This document shows positions 1 through 9,380 of a DNA stretch of 64,000 nt, in pieces (position 1 is the stretch's first letter; each line of letters starts with the position of its first letter). The notes beneath the pieces are model-generated. The model saw only the letters and a program-made list of their open reading frames with translations, ran no database searches and was not told the DNA's origin. The stretch comes from an uncultured Pseudomonadales bacterium (GTDB lineage: Bacteria; Patescibacteriota; Microgenomatia; UBA1400; UBA1449), in the NCBI GenBank assembly GCA_964386355.1, contig CAYLQQ010000004.1, positions 7,505-71,504 of the forward strand, in the 5' to 3' direction. Made by a program: the position numbers and the translations under genes.

Positions 1-30
1 AAACCGTTAATACCTGTTGGGAGTGCGGAA

Positions 31-327
31 TTGTATGAAGATTTTATGACTTACATTTCAGGAGATAGGGTTGGCGAGGGGGCATGGAGAAATGTGTTCT
101 CAAAACAGATTATCAACCAATTTACAAGCGAGAAGTTGTTAGTTATGGATAAAGGACTCAAGGCACAAACTGACAAAGGATTGTTTCAAGTATTTACTTA
201 CTTTTCAAAAATACTAGGTAATAAACATTACCTGGTTATAGGGGCAAAAAATAAACTTGAAAAACAACAACAATCACTTTCCAAAAAACATAGAACAAGA
301 GTAGATAAGCATTGGAGAGGCAAGTAA
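31..327 (+). CDS. hypothetical small basic protein
   Basis: 98-aa ORF, no motif recognised; first of a group of small unrecognisable ORFs at the window start. Confidence 0.25.
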   Translation: MYEDFMTYISGDRVGEGAWRNVFSKQIINQFTSEKLLVMDKGLKAQTDKGLFQVFTYFSKILGNKHYLVIGAKNKLEKQQQSLSKKHRTRVDKHWRGK

Positions 328-329
328 AT

Positions 330-752
330 CTAGTTGATATTTGAGCTGGTTGGAGTGATGTTCTGTTTCCCCAACTGTTCACCAGTGATGACTGGTACTC
401 CATATTTACCTTTGCCTAGTAAGACTTCACCAATCTCAATAAACTGCTCAGCAAATCGCTTCTTTTCCTCTTGTGTCATTAAGTCAAAGTCTGGCTCGTT
501 ATTGTCTTGTGTTTGAGGTTGTCGTTTCCCGATTTCTTCTGAAATGAGTGAATCCATGACACTGCTTTGAGTTACTTCCACACTCTTGATGTCTGGCAAG
601 GTTTTATTGAGTAGAACTTTACAGGCTCCTAGAACCACATTTTCATTCTTACTTTTAGTCAGCTCCACCAACCTCAAAATCACTTCTTTAGCATGACTAC
701 TAATAGAGCTGTACAAGGCTTGTTTGCTGGTTGGCTTACGTCTTGTTGCCAT
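330..752 (-). CDS. hypothetical protein
   Basis: 140-aa ORF with an acidic C-terminal half; no family recognised. Confidence 0.3.
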   Translation of the reverse strand: MATRRKPTSKQALYSSISSHAKEVILRLVELTKSKNENVVLGACKVLLNKTLPDIKSVEVTQSSVMDSLISEEIGKRQPQTQDNNEPDFDLMTQEEKKRFAEQFIEIGEVLLGKGKYGVPVITGEQLGKQNITPTSSNIN

Positions 753-858
753 AATTAGAGAAAAGACTGACAGTCTTTTTGACTCCCCCTTATTTTCTCA
801 AGTAAGTTCACCTTACCTATTACTATAAGTATATAGTTCAAAGAAAGATGAGCTTGTA

Positions 859-1107
859 TTATTCAACTACTACTTTTTTGGATTTTTGCTCATCCATCTC
901 TTGAAATGTCCGACCTTGACTATCAGTAAACTGACGAGTGCCTGTAATGATTTTGTTGGTGGGCTTAGTGCCCATGATTTGAGTAATAGTTACCATGCTC
1001 TGAGCAAAGGATGGAGCTTTTGCTCGCATTTGCTCATATTGTTTTTGGTTCATCTTGATTTTAGGAGCGTCTTTAGCCTGGTTTGACATAGTTTTATCAT
1101 AATACAA
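859..1107 (-). CDS. hypothetical protein
   Basis: 82-aa ORF, K/Q-rich, no family recognised. Confidence 0.2.
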   Translation of the reverse strand: MYYDKTMSNQAKDAPKIKMNQKQYEQMRAKAPSFAQSMVTITQIMGTKPTNKIITGTRQFTDSQGRTFQEMDEQKSKKVVVE

Positions 1108-1433
1108 AGTTCATTTGACTGCCAGCTTGATTCTGGGTCAGTAAGGTGTAGTCAACAATTTGTTGTTCTAGTTGTGGGAGCTTGAGCAGTTGTTTGATAA
1201 AATCAAAGAAAAGTTCAAAAGCAGTCACAGACTGCCGACATATGGCTTTAACAAAGCTAACGCTTTGCGTCATCTTTCTCTCTCGTTTCACTCTAGGGAC
1301 TACCTGTCTGCAAAATGAAACGTCCAGCAGAGCTGGATTTCGCTTCGCTCAAGATTCTGACTAGACTGACAATTAGAGTCTCAGTATACTGATTCTACAA
1401 ATAGAACAATCATTCCACTAAAATTTACTTTTT

Positions 1434-2024
1434 ATGATTCCAATTAAGTCTATAGTTAGCACCGTTAAAGAACATTTTCTACATGCGTTTCAGAAACAAC
1501 ATGCTGGATACATGTTTCTTGATAGGCATGTATATGAAGTTGAGCGCTGGGCATTACAAATCCTTGAAAGCAATCCTCAAGCAGAGCAAGAGGTTGTTTT
1601 AGTAAGTGTATGGCTCCATGATTATGGACAACTAGTTGGTGATATTACGATCGATCATGCTGTTAAATCAGAACAGGAAGCCAGAAAATTACTCAACTCT
1701 TTCAATGTTGAACCCCAAATTATTGAACAAGTCGCCCACTGTGTCCGATCTCACCGTAACAGAGATTTGAGGCCGCAAACGCTTGAGGCAAAAATCCTCG
1801 CTGCAAGTGATTCTGCCAGTCATATGACAGATATTAACTACATCGTTCACTTATCTGATGGCATGAAGGAGTATGTAGAAGGTAAAATAGAACGTGATTA
1901 TCGTGATTTGGCTTATTTTCCTACTATACAGGAACAAATTACACCACTGTATAAGGCATGGAAAGAACTAATTAAAGTATTTCCTGTAAGAAACTTGACT
2001 GAAAACGCAAAGTACTTTGCATAG
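1434..2024 (+). CDS. HD-domain phosphohydrolase
   Basis: H...HD motif (VVLVSVWLHDYGQ) followed by spaced His/Asp residues (HCVRSH, SDSASH), typical of the HD superfamily. Confidence 0.55.
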   Translation: MIPIKSIVSTVKEHFLHAFQKQHAGYMFLDRHVYEVERWALQILESNPQAEQEVVLVSVWLHDYGQLVGDITIDHAVKSEQEARKLLNSFNVEPQIIEQVAHCVRSHRNRDLRPQTLEAKILAASDSASHMTDINYIVHLSDGMKEYVEGKIERDYRDLAYFPTIQEQITPLYKAWKELIKVFPVRNLTENAKYFA

Positions 2025-2054
2025 ATAGAATATTCTTCTTTTAATCATTACCCT

Positions 2055-2822
2055 ATGAAACTGCGTCGTCGATACATCCCTTTTCTGTCAGGTATTTTTC
2101 ATCGGCTTAATGAGGATATAAAAAACTTTGGCGTCCAAATAGCTTTTAAACATGTTATAGAAAAACGAGGAGTTCATTTCATTCTAAAAGGACTAGATCC
2201 AGAACTTATAAAGGTACTTTCTTCACATCGGGTTATACTCGTTTCTAATCACCCTCATGAGATCGAGCCATTTGTACTCCTGGCAAGCTTGCCTAAAAGG
2301 TCTGATGCGTTTGTAGTTGCCAACATTATGTTTTTCAACTGGCTAAGTGAACTTAACAAGCATCTAATTCCCGTCCATGTCCGTCACAGATTGGGGAAAG
2401 CTGAAAGGTTTAGACTGCGGGCACGACTATTCTGGTTATTACCTTTAGCAAATAAAAATATAAGCTACGCGAAAGGTCATAAAGAAAATATTACAAATAT
2501 CAATAATGCAAGCAAAAAGATTGATGCTGGCGGCATGGTGATCATTTTCCCGGGAGTTGATCAGAAGCACTGGTTTCCCGGAGTAGGCTTCCTACTCAAA
2601 CATACGACTACTATAGAACCGATATATATGGTTAAGGTCAATATCACAGGCATAAACAAACTCGATCTATTTAGAATCATTCCTTTTCTTTCAAAACTAT
2701 TTCCCCCAATTACAATAACGTTCTCAAAAGCTAAACAGGTACATAATCTACGCTTTAGAGATGGAAAAGGGATTACAATGGAGCTGGAAAGAGATTATAG
2801 AAAATGGTTAAATCAGAGCTAG
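2055..2822 (+). CDS. putative lysophospholipid/glycerol-phosphate acyltransferase-like protein
   Basis: VSNHPHEIEP resembles the NHxxxxD/E motif I of the PlsC family, and IFPGVDQ resembles the FPEGTR motif III; the match is weak. Confidence 0.3.
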   Translation: MKLRRRYIPFLSGIFHRLNEDIKNFGVQIAFKHVIEKRGVHFILKGLDPELIKVLSSHRVILVSNHPHEIEPFVLLASLPKRSDAFVVANIMFFNWLSELNKHLIPVHVRHRLGKAERFRLRARLFWLLPLANKNISYAKGHKENITNINNASKKIDAGGMVIIFPGVDQKHWFPGVGFLLKHTTTIEPIYMVKVNITGINKLDLFRIIPFLSKLFPPITITFSKAKQVHNLRFRDGKGITMELERDYRKWLNQS

Positions 2823-2894
2823 TCCTGAATGGATACTTATTAATTAATCCGAATTTTAAGCTATAAGGCTTACAGCTTTAAGCTCAATGGTATT

Positions 2895-3857
2895 ATGTAT
2901 TCCCTTGCAGCCTTAGGTGGCACTTTTGACCGCTTGCATACAGGTCACCAAACACTTTTAAGCCATGCCTTTAACATTTCACATAAGGTTATAGTGGGAA
3001 TTACTACAGATAATTTTATTTTAGAAAAAGATCTATCTCATCTGATCGAGCCATATGAAAAAAGAAAGAAGTCTGTATTGGAATATGCAAGTAAGTTAAA
3101 AAGGGGTACAGACATCGAAATTGTACCTCTTCGTGATATTTTCGGCCCTACTTTAACAGATCAAAGAATTGATTGTTTGGTTGTGAGTCCTTTGACTGAA
3201 AAAGGCGCGCATTCAATTAATGCAGAGCGCATGAAATACTCGCTCGCTCGATTGCCACTAGAGGTTTGCCGGGTTGAAATATCTTCTGATAATCAGGCAA
3301 TATCTTCAACGCGTATCCGCAGAGGTGAGATAAACAGGTTGGGTTTTGTGTACAGTGATCTACTGACTAAAAACATAACTCTTAACCCTAAACAGATTAA
3401 AGATGTTAAAAAACCATTTGGTAAACTATATTTGGACTTTTCAAGCCTTCAGACTGCAATGCTGCCTCAAAAAAACAATATAGTTACTGTTGGAGATACT
3501 GCTACTCATTTATTCCTTGAACATGAATTTCCTATCAAATTTGGCGTTTTTGATAACTTAGAGCAGCGTAGGCCAGTAATTCATTCTCTGCATAAATACA
3601 TTAAGCATAACAATTTAATTCACACACATAATGAACCAGGGAAGATATCCCAAAATTTGACACAGGCTTTGGTACATGCAATGGAAAACAACTCATATGT
3701 AGAAGTAGATGGAGAAGAAGATTTAGCCGTGATCCCCCTAACCTTACTATTGCCACTTGGAGGCGTTATCATCTACGGCCAGCCGAACGAAGGCCTTGTA
3801 ATGGTTGAAATAACGGAAGAGAAAAAAGAGTGGGTAAAAAGGTTGTTATCTGAGTAA
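2895..3857 (+). CDS. cytidylyltransferase-fold (archaeal-type PPAT-like) domain fused to a DUF359-like (GTP-dependent dephospho-CoA kinase-like) domain
   Basis: N-terminus has GGTFDRLHTGH (HxGH) and ISSTRIR, hallmarks of the nucleotidyltransferase alpha/beta phosphodiesterase fold; C-terminal half has VGDTATH and DGEEDL...YGQPNEGLV, reminiscent of COG1909/DUF359. Confidence 0.45.
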   Translation: MYSLAALGGTFDRLHTGHQTLLSHAFNISHKVIVGITTDNFILEKDLSHLIEPYEKRKKSVLEYASKLKRGTDIEIVPLRDIFGPTLTDQRIDCLVVSPLTEKGAHSINAERMKYSLARLPLEVCRVEISSDNQAISSTRIRRGEINRLGFVYSDLLTKNITLNPKQIKDVKKPFGKLYLDFSSLQTAMLPQKNNIVTVGDTATHLFLEHEFPIKFGVFDNLEQRRPVIHSLHKYIKHNNLIHTHNEPGKISQNLTQALVHAMENNSYVEVDGEEDLAVIPLTLLLPLGGVIIYGQPNEGLVMVEITEEKKEWVKRLLSE

Positions 3858-3898
3858 ATAAGTGTAATATATTAGTAATTATCTATTCATAATAGACT

Positions 3899-4255
3899 AT
3901 GAAAAACTTACCAGTAAAACCAATTATTAAATTCGAAGATCTTGAAAAACTTGATATTCGCATTGGAACAATTGAAAAAGTAGAAGATGTCAACGGCTCT
4001 GATAAACTAGTCCGCCTAACTGTCAACTTTGGTGAATTCAAAAAAAATATCTTGGTAGGAATGAAGCAAGAACGTGAAGATGTGAAAGTTGAAATTGAAG
4101 GTAAAAAGGCTTTATTTGTAGTAAACCTTGAACCACGTAAAATGATGGGTGAGATGTCAGAGGGTATGCTTTTCGATATCGGATATTCAAATGGAATTAC
4201 ACCAGTTTTAGCTATACCCGAAAAAGAAGTCCCTAATGGAGCCTGTGCTGGTTAA
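3899..4255 (+). CDS. tRNA-binding domain protein (CsaA/Trbp111/MetRS C-terminal-like OB fold)
   Basis: FEDLEKLDIRIGTI...NLEPRKMMGEMSEGML matches the pattern of the EMAP-II-like tRNA-binding domain. Confidence 0.7.
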   Translation: MKNLPVKPIIKFEDLEKLDIRIGTIEKVEDVNGSDKLVRLTVNFGEFKKNILVGMKQEREDVKVEIEGKKALFVVNLEPRKMMGEMSEGMLFDIGYSNGITPVLAIPEKEVPNGACAG

Positions 4256-4357
4256 ATGCATTCCTCTAATGATTTTTCCAGGTGATAATATAACCGCAAG
4301 AAAACCTAAACACTTGTCTACTATATTTCTGGTTCGCAATGATTAATAGTAAAAACC

Positions 4358-4795
4358 TTACCGTCTTGGAGATTGGCGCTGGCGTCTGGATTTGCCTCCC
4401 ATGCCTGCCTGCCTGCGCTGGCGCATGCGTGAGTCCCGGGTTAAGAAACCGCGCTTTTTTAGGATTGATTTGAACTTTTCGGTATCAAGCTGTACTAATA
4501 CTCGAGATAAAGCATGAACTACTGCTACCAGCTGAGCTTCCTTGCCTGCTCCAGTTGTAGAAATATCTATCTTATACTTCCCTATGACATTACAAGTACG
4601 TAAAGGTTCTAAGTATTTAGCTTGACTAATTGCCCCTGGGAAATATTCTTCTATCCGCTTTCCATTAACTTCAATATTACCCTTCTCATTGATGTACATC
4701 TTAACGCGAGCAGAAGCGGTCTTGCGTCTTCCAAGAGCTGTCAAAACATCTTTAGATATAATTTTTGTGGGTTTGGTTGGTATAGTTTCAGCCAT
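4358..4795 (-). CDS. rpsI: 30S ribosomal protein S9
   Basis: GRRKTASARV and LTRDSRM...RR C-terminus; sits downstream of rplM. Confidence 0.9.
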   Translation of the reverse strand: MAETIPTKPTKIISKDVLTALGRRKTASARVKMYINEKGNIEVNGKRIEEYFPGAISQAKYLEPLRTCNVIGKYKIDISTTGAGKEAQLVAVVHALSRVLVQLDTEKFKSILKKRGFLTRDSRMRQRRQAGMGGKSRRQRQSPRR

Positions 4796-4799
4796 AGTT

Positions 4800-5213
4800 C
4801 TATTTTAGTTTATCAGCGTAGGGATGGTTGGTGTCGGTAAATACCTTTAGCCGCTTCATCCGTTCTTTTAATAGTTTATTGTTGGGTAGCATGCCTTTGA
4901 CCGCATGGGTAATAACCCGTTTAGGATCTTTGTCCATAAGTTTATCAAAGGTGATTTCTTTAAATCCTCCGGGAAAGTTAGAGTGACTGTAGTATTTCTT
5001 TAAAGATGCTTTTTTACCCGTTACTGCTATTTCTGCAGCATTCGTTACAATAACATAATCACCACAATCCATATGAGGAGCAAAATAGGGTTTATGTTTA
5101 CCCATGAGTAAGCTTGCAATTTTACTTGACACCCTTCCCAACACCTGATCTTTTAAATCAATTAGGTGCCAACTTCTAACTATTGTTTGTGGCTTTGGCA
5201 TGTCTGTTTTCAT
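4800..5213 (-). CDS. rplM: 50S ribosomal protein L13
   Basis: WHLIDLKDQVLGRVSSKIASLLMGKHKP, typical L13 N-terminus. Confidence 0.9.
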   Translation of the reverse strand: MKTDMPKPQTIVRSWHLIDLKDQVLGRVSSKIASLLMGKHKPYFAPHMDCGDYVIVTNAAEIAVTGKKASLKKYYSHSNFPGGFKEITFDKLMDKDPKRVITHAVKGMLPNNKLLKERMKRLKVFTDTNHPYADKLK

Positions 5214-5216
5214 ATG

Positions 5217-5669
5217 TTACTTAGCCTTTTTAACTACTGGTTTCTTAGGTTCTTTTTTTACTTTTGTTTCTTTCTTAGCGCTTTTTTCTTCCTTTTTCGG
5301 TTCTTCTACCACAGGTAAGGTAGCCAGTAATTCGAGTTTAACAATCATGACGTTATCACCCCTGCGCCTACCCATGCGGATGATCTTTACCATGCCCCCT
5401 TTGCGATCTCCTAGATTTGCAGCTAAGTCACACGCTTTTTTGACAAGTTGTGTATCAGATAATATCGTCCGGAGTTGTCTGCGAACATGCACACTATCCA
5501 GACGTGCTTTCTGTAAAACGCTTTCTACAGAGTTTGCAATTATTTTACCCTTGGTTTCGGTTGTTTGTATTTGACCTAGCTCAATTAACTGACGCGTCTG
5601 GTTTTTAATCAGAGCTCGTCTGTGACCTGAGTCACGATTGAGTTTTGATCCCGCAATACTATGTCTCAT
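5217..5669 (-). CDS. rplQ: 50S ribosomal protein L17, with a lysine-rich C-terminal extension
   Basis: MRHSIAGSKLNRDSGHRRAL; sits downstream of rpoA; K/E-rich C-tail of ~35 aa. Confidence 0.85.
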   Translation of the reverse strand: MRHSIAGSKLNRDSGHRRALIKNQTRQLIELGQIQTTETKGKIIANSVESVLQKARLDSVHVRRQLRTILSDTQLVKKACDLAANLGDRKGGMVKIIRMGRRRGDNVMIVKLELLATLPVVEEPKKEEKSAKKETKVKKEPKKPVVKKAK

Positions 5670-5672
5670 AGG

Positions 5673-6584
5673 TTATTGAGCAATATCTACTCCTTTTTCT
5701 TTAAGTTTATCAATAACGATATCTACTGATTTGCCACCCAGGTTCTTAACCTTAGCAATCTCTTCTCTAGTAGCTTTAGAAAGGTCTGCTACTGTCTCAT
5801 AACCACCCTTACGAAGAGCATTAGCAATACGAGTAGGTAAATCTAGCTCTTCAACAGTCAATCGCATCACTTCTTGTTCGGCGGGGTTAGTCTCGACTCT
5901 CTCAGCTACTTCGGGAAGGATTGGGTTAATGATTTGGTCAAGGTATCCTTGCATAACCCGTGCTGCTTCAATTAATGCAGTTTGAGGTTCAACAGTACCA
6001 TCAGTCCATATCTCCATGATCAGATTATCATAGTCTGTCCGTCCTCCTACACGTGTTTGTTTGACATCAAACTTTGCCCGTAAAACAGGAGAGTATGATG
6101 TATCCATGGGAACAACTCCGACTGTCGAGCTTTTCCGATCTTCTGCCAAAACATAGCCATACCCTGATTCAATTGTTACTGTTGCTTTGAGTTTTTTACC
6201 ATCATTTAGATGGGCTAAAACAAGGTCTTTATTGATGATCTCTACATCAGATGGAGCGTCTATATCAGCTGCTGTTACCACATTTCCTTTTGAAACCAAA
6301 TCTATTTCGATAGGTTCAGTCCCTGTATAGCGAACACGCAATTGCTTTAGATTTAACAGTAGCTCAACCACATCCTCCTTCATCCCTTCCATGCTTGAAA
6401 ATTGGTGTTTGACTCCATCAATCCGAACAAAAGATACACCTGATCCCTTGAGTGAGGTTAAGAGCGTTCGCCTAAGAGCATTACCTAAGGTGTGACCAAA
6501 TCCCTGTTCTAGAGGCTCGATAGAAAACATACCATAATCGGCTGATTGTTCTATTGGCTTGATAACAAATTGTGGTTTGTTCAT
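5673..6584 (-). CDS. rpoA: DNA-directed RNA polymerase subunit alpha
   Basis: N-terminal dimerisation domain plus C-terminal domain (VEELDLPTRIANALRKGGYETVADL) in the alpha-operon position. Confidence 0.9.
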   Translation of the reverse strand: MNKPQFVIKPIEQSADYGMFSIEPLEQGFGHTLGNALRRTLLTSLKGSGVSFVRIDGVKHQFSSMEGMKEDVVELLLNLKQLRVRYTGTEPIEIDLVSKGNVVTAADIDAPSDVEIINKDLVLAHLNDGKKLKATVTIESGYGYVLAEDRKSSTVGVVPMDTSYSPVLRAKFDVKQTRVGGRTDYDNLIMEIWTDGTVEPQTALIEAARVMQGYLDQIINPILPEVAERVETNPAEQEVMRLTVEELDLPTRIANALRKGGYETVADLSKATREEIAKVKNLGGKSVDIVIDKLKEKGVDIAQ

Positions 6585-6640
6585 ACATTTACATTCTTTC
6601 TACATCATGGAACTGTTGTCCCACATCCCGCAGAATAGAA

Positions 6641-7252
6641 TTACCTTGAATAATATTCAACAATAAGTTGCTCAGTTATATCTCCCTCAATTTCTTCGCG
6701 CTCAGGCTCCCTGACAATTTTGCCAACTAAAGCCTGTTTTTCTAACCACTTAGGTGTAGAAAGTTTTTTATCATTGAGGGCTAATTTTACTATTGGATTC
6801 TCAGCTAATTTTCCATCCAAAGCTATTGTTTGATTAAGCTTTACTTGGTATGAGGGAATGTCAAGTGTCTTTCCATCTACCAATACATGACCATGGCTCA
6901 CAAACTGTCTGGCTGCTGCTCTGGTAGGAGCAAATCCTAACCGATATATGACATTATCGAGTCTTAATTCCAAAAGCTGAAGCATTCTCGTACCAGTAGC
7001 TTTGGGGTTTTTACGGGCTTCAACATAGTATTTGTGAAGCTGTTTTTCGAGTATCCCATATGTCCAACGTACTTTCTGCTTTTCTTTTAACTGAATACGG
7101 TAGTCAGATGGTTTTCCATGAGATCCTTTAGGACCATGCTGTCCTGGAGGAACACTCAAACGCCGTTGTAATTTGACTGCATTCGTTTTAAGGCCAAGAT
7201 CTCGACCTACCGCTCTTGCTAATCTGTTTTTTGGACCTGTATATCTAGCCAT
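6641..7252 (-). CDS. rpsD: 30S ribosomal protein S4
   Basis: MARYTGPKNRLARAVGRDLGLKT. Confidence 0.9.
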   Translation of the reverse strand: MARYTGPKNRLARAVGRDLGLKTNAVKLQRRLSVPPGQHGPKGSHGKPSDYRIQLKEKQKVRWTYGILEKQLHKYYVEARKNPKATGTRMLQLLELRLDNVIYRLGFAPTRAAARQFVSHGHVLVDGKTLDIPSYQVKLNQTIALDGKLAENPIVKLALNDKKLSTPKWLEKQALVGKIVREPEREEIEGDITEQLIVEYYSR

Positions 7253-7270
7253 ATGTAAATTATAATATTT

Positions 7271-7651
7271 TTATGCTCTTCTCCTCTTTTTGGGTCTACA
7301 ACCGTTATGAGGAATGGGTGTTACGTCTGCTAATAGAGTTACCCGAATACCTGAGCCCCGCAAAACTCTCAAAGCTGCATCCCTACCAACTCCTGGACCT
7401 TTGATATACACCCGGGCTTGTTTCAAACCAGCCTGTTTAGCGTTCTGTAAAACCTTATCTATCGCCATAGTGGCTGCATAGGGAGTAGATTTCCGTGACC
7501 CTTTGAAACCAACCATTCCTGTTGAGGCTGAAAAAAGCACGTTTCCTCCGTTATCAGTAACGGTAGCAATCGTATTGTTAAACGTTGCGATTATGTATAC
7601 GCATCCTGATGTAAGTTGTTTGATCTTTGTGTCTTTTTTGGCTTGTGGCAT
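7271..7651 (-). CDS. rpsK: 30S ribosomal protein S11
   Basis: GVVYIIATFNNTIATVTD...STPYAA, S11 signature region. Confidence 0.9.
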   Translation of the reverse strand: MPQAKKDTKIKQLTSGCVYIIATFNNTIATVTDNGGNVLFSASTGMVGFKGSRKSTPYAATMAIDKVLQNAKQAGLKQARVYIKGPGVGRDAALRVLRGSGIRVTLLADVTPIPHNGCRPKKRRRA

Positions 7652-7667
7652 ACGAGTATTAATTTAA

Positions 7668-8069
7668 TTATTTTTTAGCTGCTGTATCCATCTTGGCTGC
7701 AGTTTCTTTAGTCATGGAACCTACTGTCATTCTCCGACCTCTCTTGGTACGCGCATTAACTCTAGTTCTTTGACCATGAACTGGTAATCTTGCAATGTGG
7801 CGAAGACCGCGGTAGGCTTTAATCTGTTTTAATCGTTGGATATTATCACGGACAATTTTTCGTAAAGGTCCTTCGGTTGGGGTAGACTCAAGTGCTTTGA
7901 CAATTCTTGCCACTTCCTGATCAGTAAGGTCTTTAGCTCGTTTGGTGCCATCAATATTTGCAAGTTTTAGTATGTGTTCTACATTAGTCCTCCCTATACC
8001 ATAAATATAGGTCAGGGCTATATCAGTTCTTTTTTGGGCTGGAATATCTACTCCTGCAATACGTGGCAT
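7668..8069 (-). CDS. rpsM: 30S ribosomal protein S13
   Basis: MPRIAGVDIP...TYIYGIG. Confidence 0.9.
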   Translation of the reverse strand: MPRIAGVDIPAQKRTDIALTYIYGIGRTNVEHILKLANIDGTKRAKDLTDQEVARIVKALESTPTEGPLRKIVRDNIQRLKQIKAYRGLRHIARLPVHGQRTRVNARTKRGRRMTVGSMTKETAAKMDTAAKK

Positions 8070-8071
8070 AT

Positions 8072-8188
8072 TTATCCTTGGCGTTGTTTATGTTTTTTAT
8101 TACGCGTACAAATAACCTGAAGCCTACCTCTTCGGCGGACTATTTTACACTCTCGGCACATAAGTTTGATACTTGCTCTAACTTTCAT
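8072..8188 (-). CDS. rpmJ: 50S ribosomal protein L36 (absent from the ORF track, found by hand translation)
   Basis: Reverse-strand translation gives [38 protein letters not shown] (38 aa, C-x2-C...C-x4-H-like zinc ribbon) between rpsM and infA. Confidence 0.85.
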   Translation of the reverse strand: MKVRASIKLMCRECKIVRRRGRLQVICTRNKKHKQRQG

Positions 8189-8283
8189 ACACTCTAATCA
8201 ATATTTGACTTACCAAAAAACAAATAATTCCAATTTCCGTGGAATTACATTAGTATTATAGCACGATTTGACAACGAAAGGGA

Positions 8284-8505
8284 CTATTTAATCCGAAAGG
8301 TTATTCGTCCTTTGGTGTCGTCATACGGGGTAAATTCAACTTTAACCCGATCGCCTGGCAAAACTCTAATTTTAAACATGCGCATTTTGCCTGATAATGT
8401 GCAAAGAACTAGTCGTTTATCTTCGTCCAGCTCTACACGAAACGTAGTATTTGGCAAAGCCTCTACTACTATTCCTTCTTTTAAATCTAATTGCATTTTT
8501 GCCAT
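8284..8505 (-). CDS. infA: translation initiation factor IF-1
   Basis: 73 aa, S1-like OB fold, [27 protein letters not shown]. Confidence 0.9.
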   Translation of the reverse strand: MAKMQLDLKEGIVVEALPNTTFRVELDEDKRLVLCTLSGKMRMFKIRVLPGDRVKVEFTPYDDTKGRITFRIK

Positions 8506-8658
8506 AAGTACAGACGTGAATTATAACAGAGTTTTTAACGCGTTGCAAAGAGGAAAAAGAAGTCTCTATTCGAACCATCAGTCTGTTTTTAGAGTACTCA
8601 ACCTCTCTATCGCGACCTAATTCTACAGTAATTGTTAAATGGTTACATGGCTAAATTG

Positions 8659-9369
8659 TTAAATAATACTTTTCAAATTCAACCCACCAGCTATTATATA
8701 ATTTCCTCCTGTAATGGCATTATTGTTACAAACAGAAACAACAAATTTTGCTATCTCTTCTGATTTTATAAACCGCCTGATGGGAACTGAACCAATTGCC
8801 TCATTTTTTTGTTCATCATTAAAACTATTCCATATGGGTGTTTCTGTATATCCAGGGGAAATTGACACTACTCTGATATCAGGAGAGAGCATTAGACTTA
8901 AATTTTCTGAGAATTTTTGTAAGGCAGCTTTGCTTGTAGAATATGCCAAGGAATTGAGCCCAACTATTCCAGCATTACCCATAATTGAAGAAATATTAAC
9001 GATTACTCCTTTTCTATCTTTCATGAGAGGTAATGAATACCTGACGCATTCAACAATTCCAAATAAATTTATTTGAAATGTTCTCTGCCATGTATCAGTA
9101 TCAAGTTGATCATCAAATGCTTCTTCAATTCCAATAGTATTAATCAGAATGTCCAAATGTTTATATTTTTCCCTTATCATTTCAAACATCTTACGTATCT
9201 CATCTTTTTTTGTAATGTCTGCTTGTATGCTAAATCTGTCCTCTTTTATCTCATTTAAATTGTAGTGTCTAGCTACATTACAGCCTCTCTTAGTCAGTTC
9301 ATTTGCAATAGCTTTTCCTATTCCACCTGATGCACCAGTAACTAAAACATTTTTATTCTGTAAATCCAT
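8659..9369 (-). CDS. short-chain dehydrogenase/reductase (SDR)
   Basis: TGASGGIGKAIA Rossmann motif, NNAG, and a catalytic YSTSK (YxxxK). Confidence 0.75.
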   Translation of the reverse strand: MDLQNKNVLVTGASGGIGKAIANELTKRGCNVARHYNLNEIKEDRFSIQADITKKDEIRKMFEMIREKYKHLDILINTIGIEEAFDDQLDTDTWQRTFQINLFGIVECVRYSLPLMKDRKGVIVNISSIMGNAGIVGLNSLAYSTSKAALQKFSENLSLMLSPDIRVVSISPGYTETPIWNSFNDEQKNEAIGSVPIRRFIKSEEIAKFVVSVCNNNAITGGNYIIAGGLNLKSII

Positions 9370-9380
9370 ATTAAAAATTC

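Noticed and set aside
5200-5574. 124-aa plus-strand ORF overlapping rplQ/rplM
   Set aside because: Antisense to two well-supported r-protein genes and low-complexity hydrophobic; typical spurious ORF
8312-8620. 102-aa plus-strand ORF antisense to infA
   Set aside because: Overlaps a conserved infA on the opposite strand; no motif
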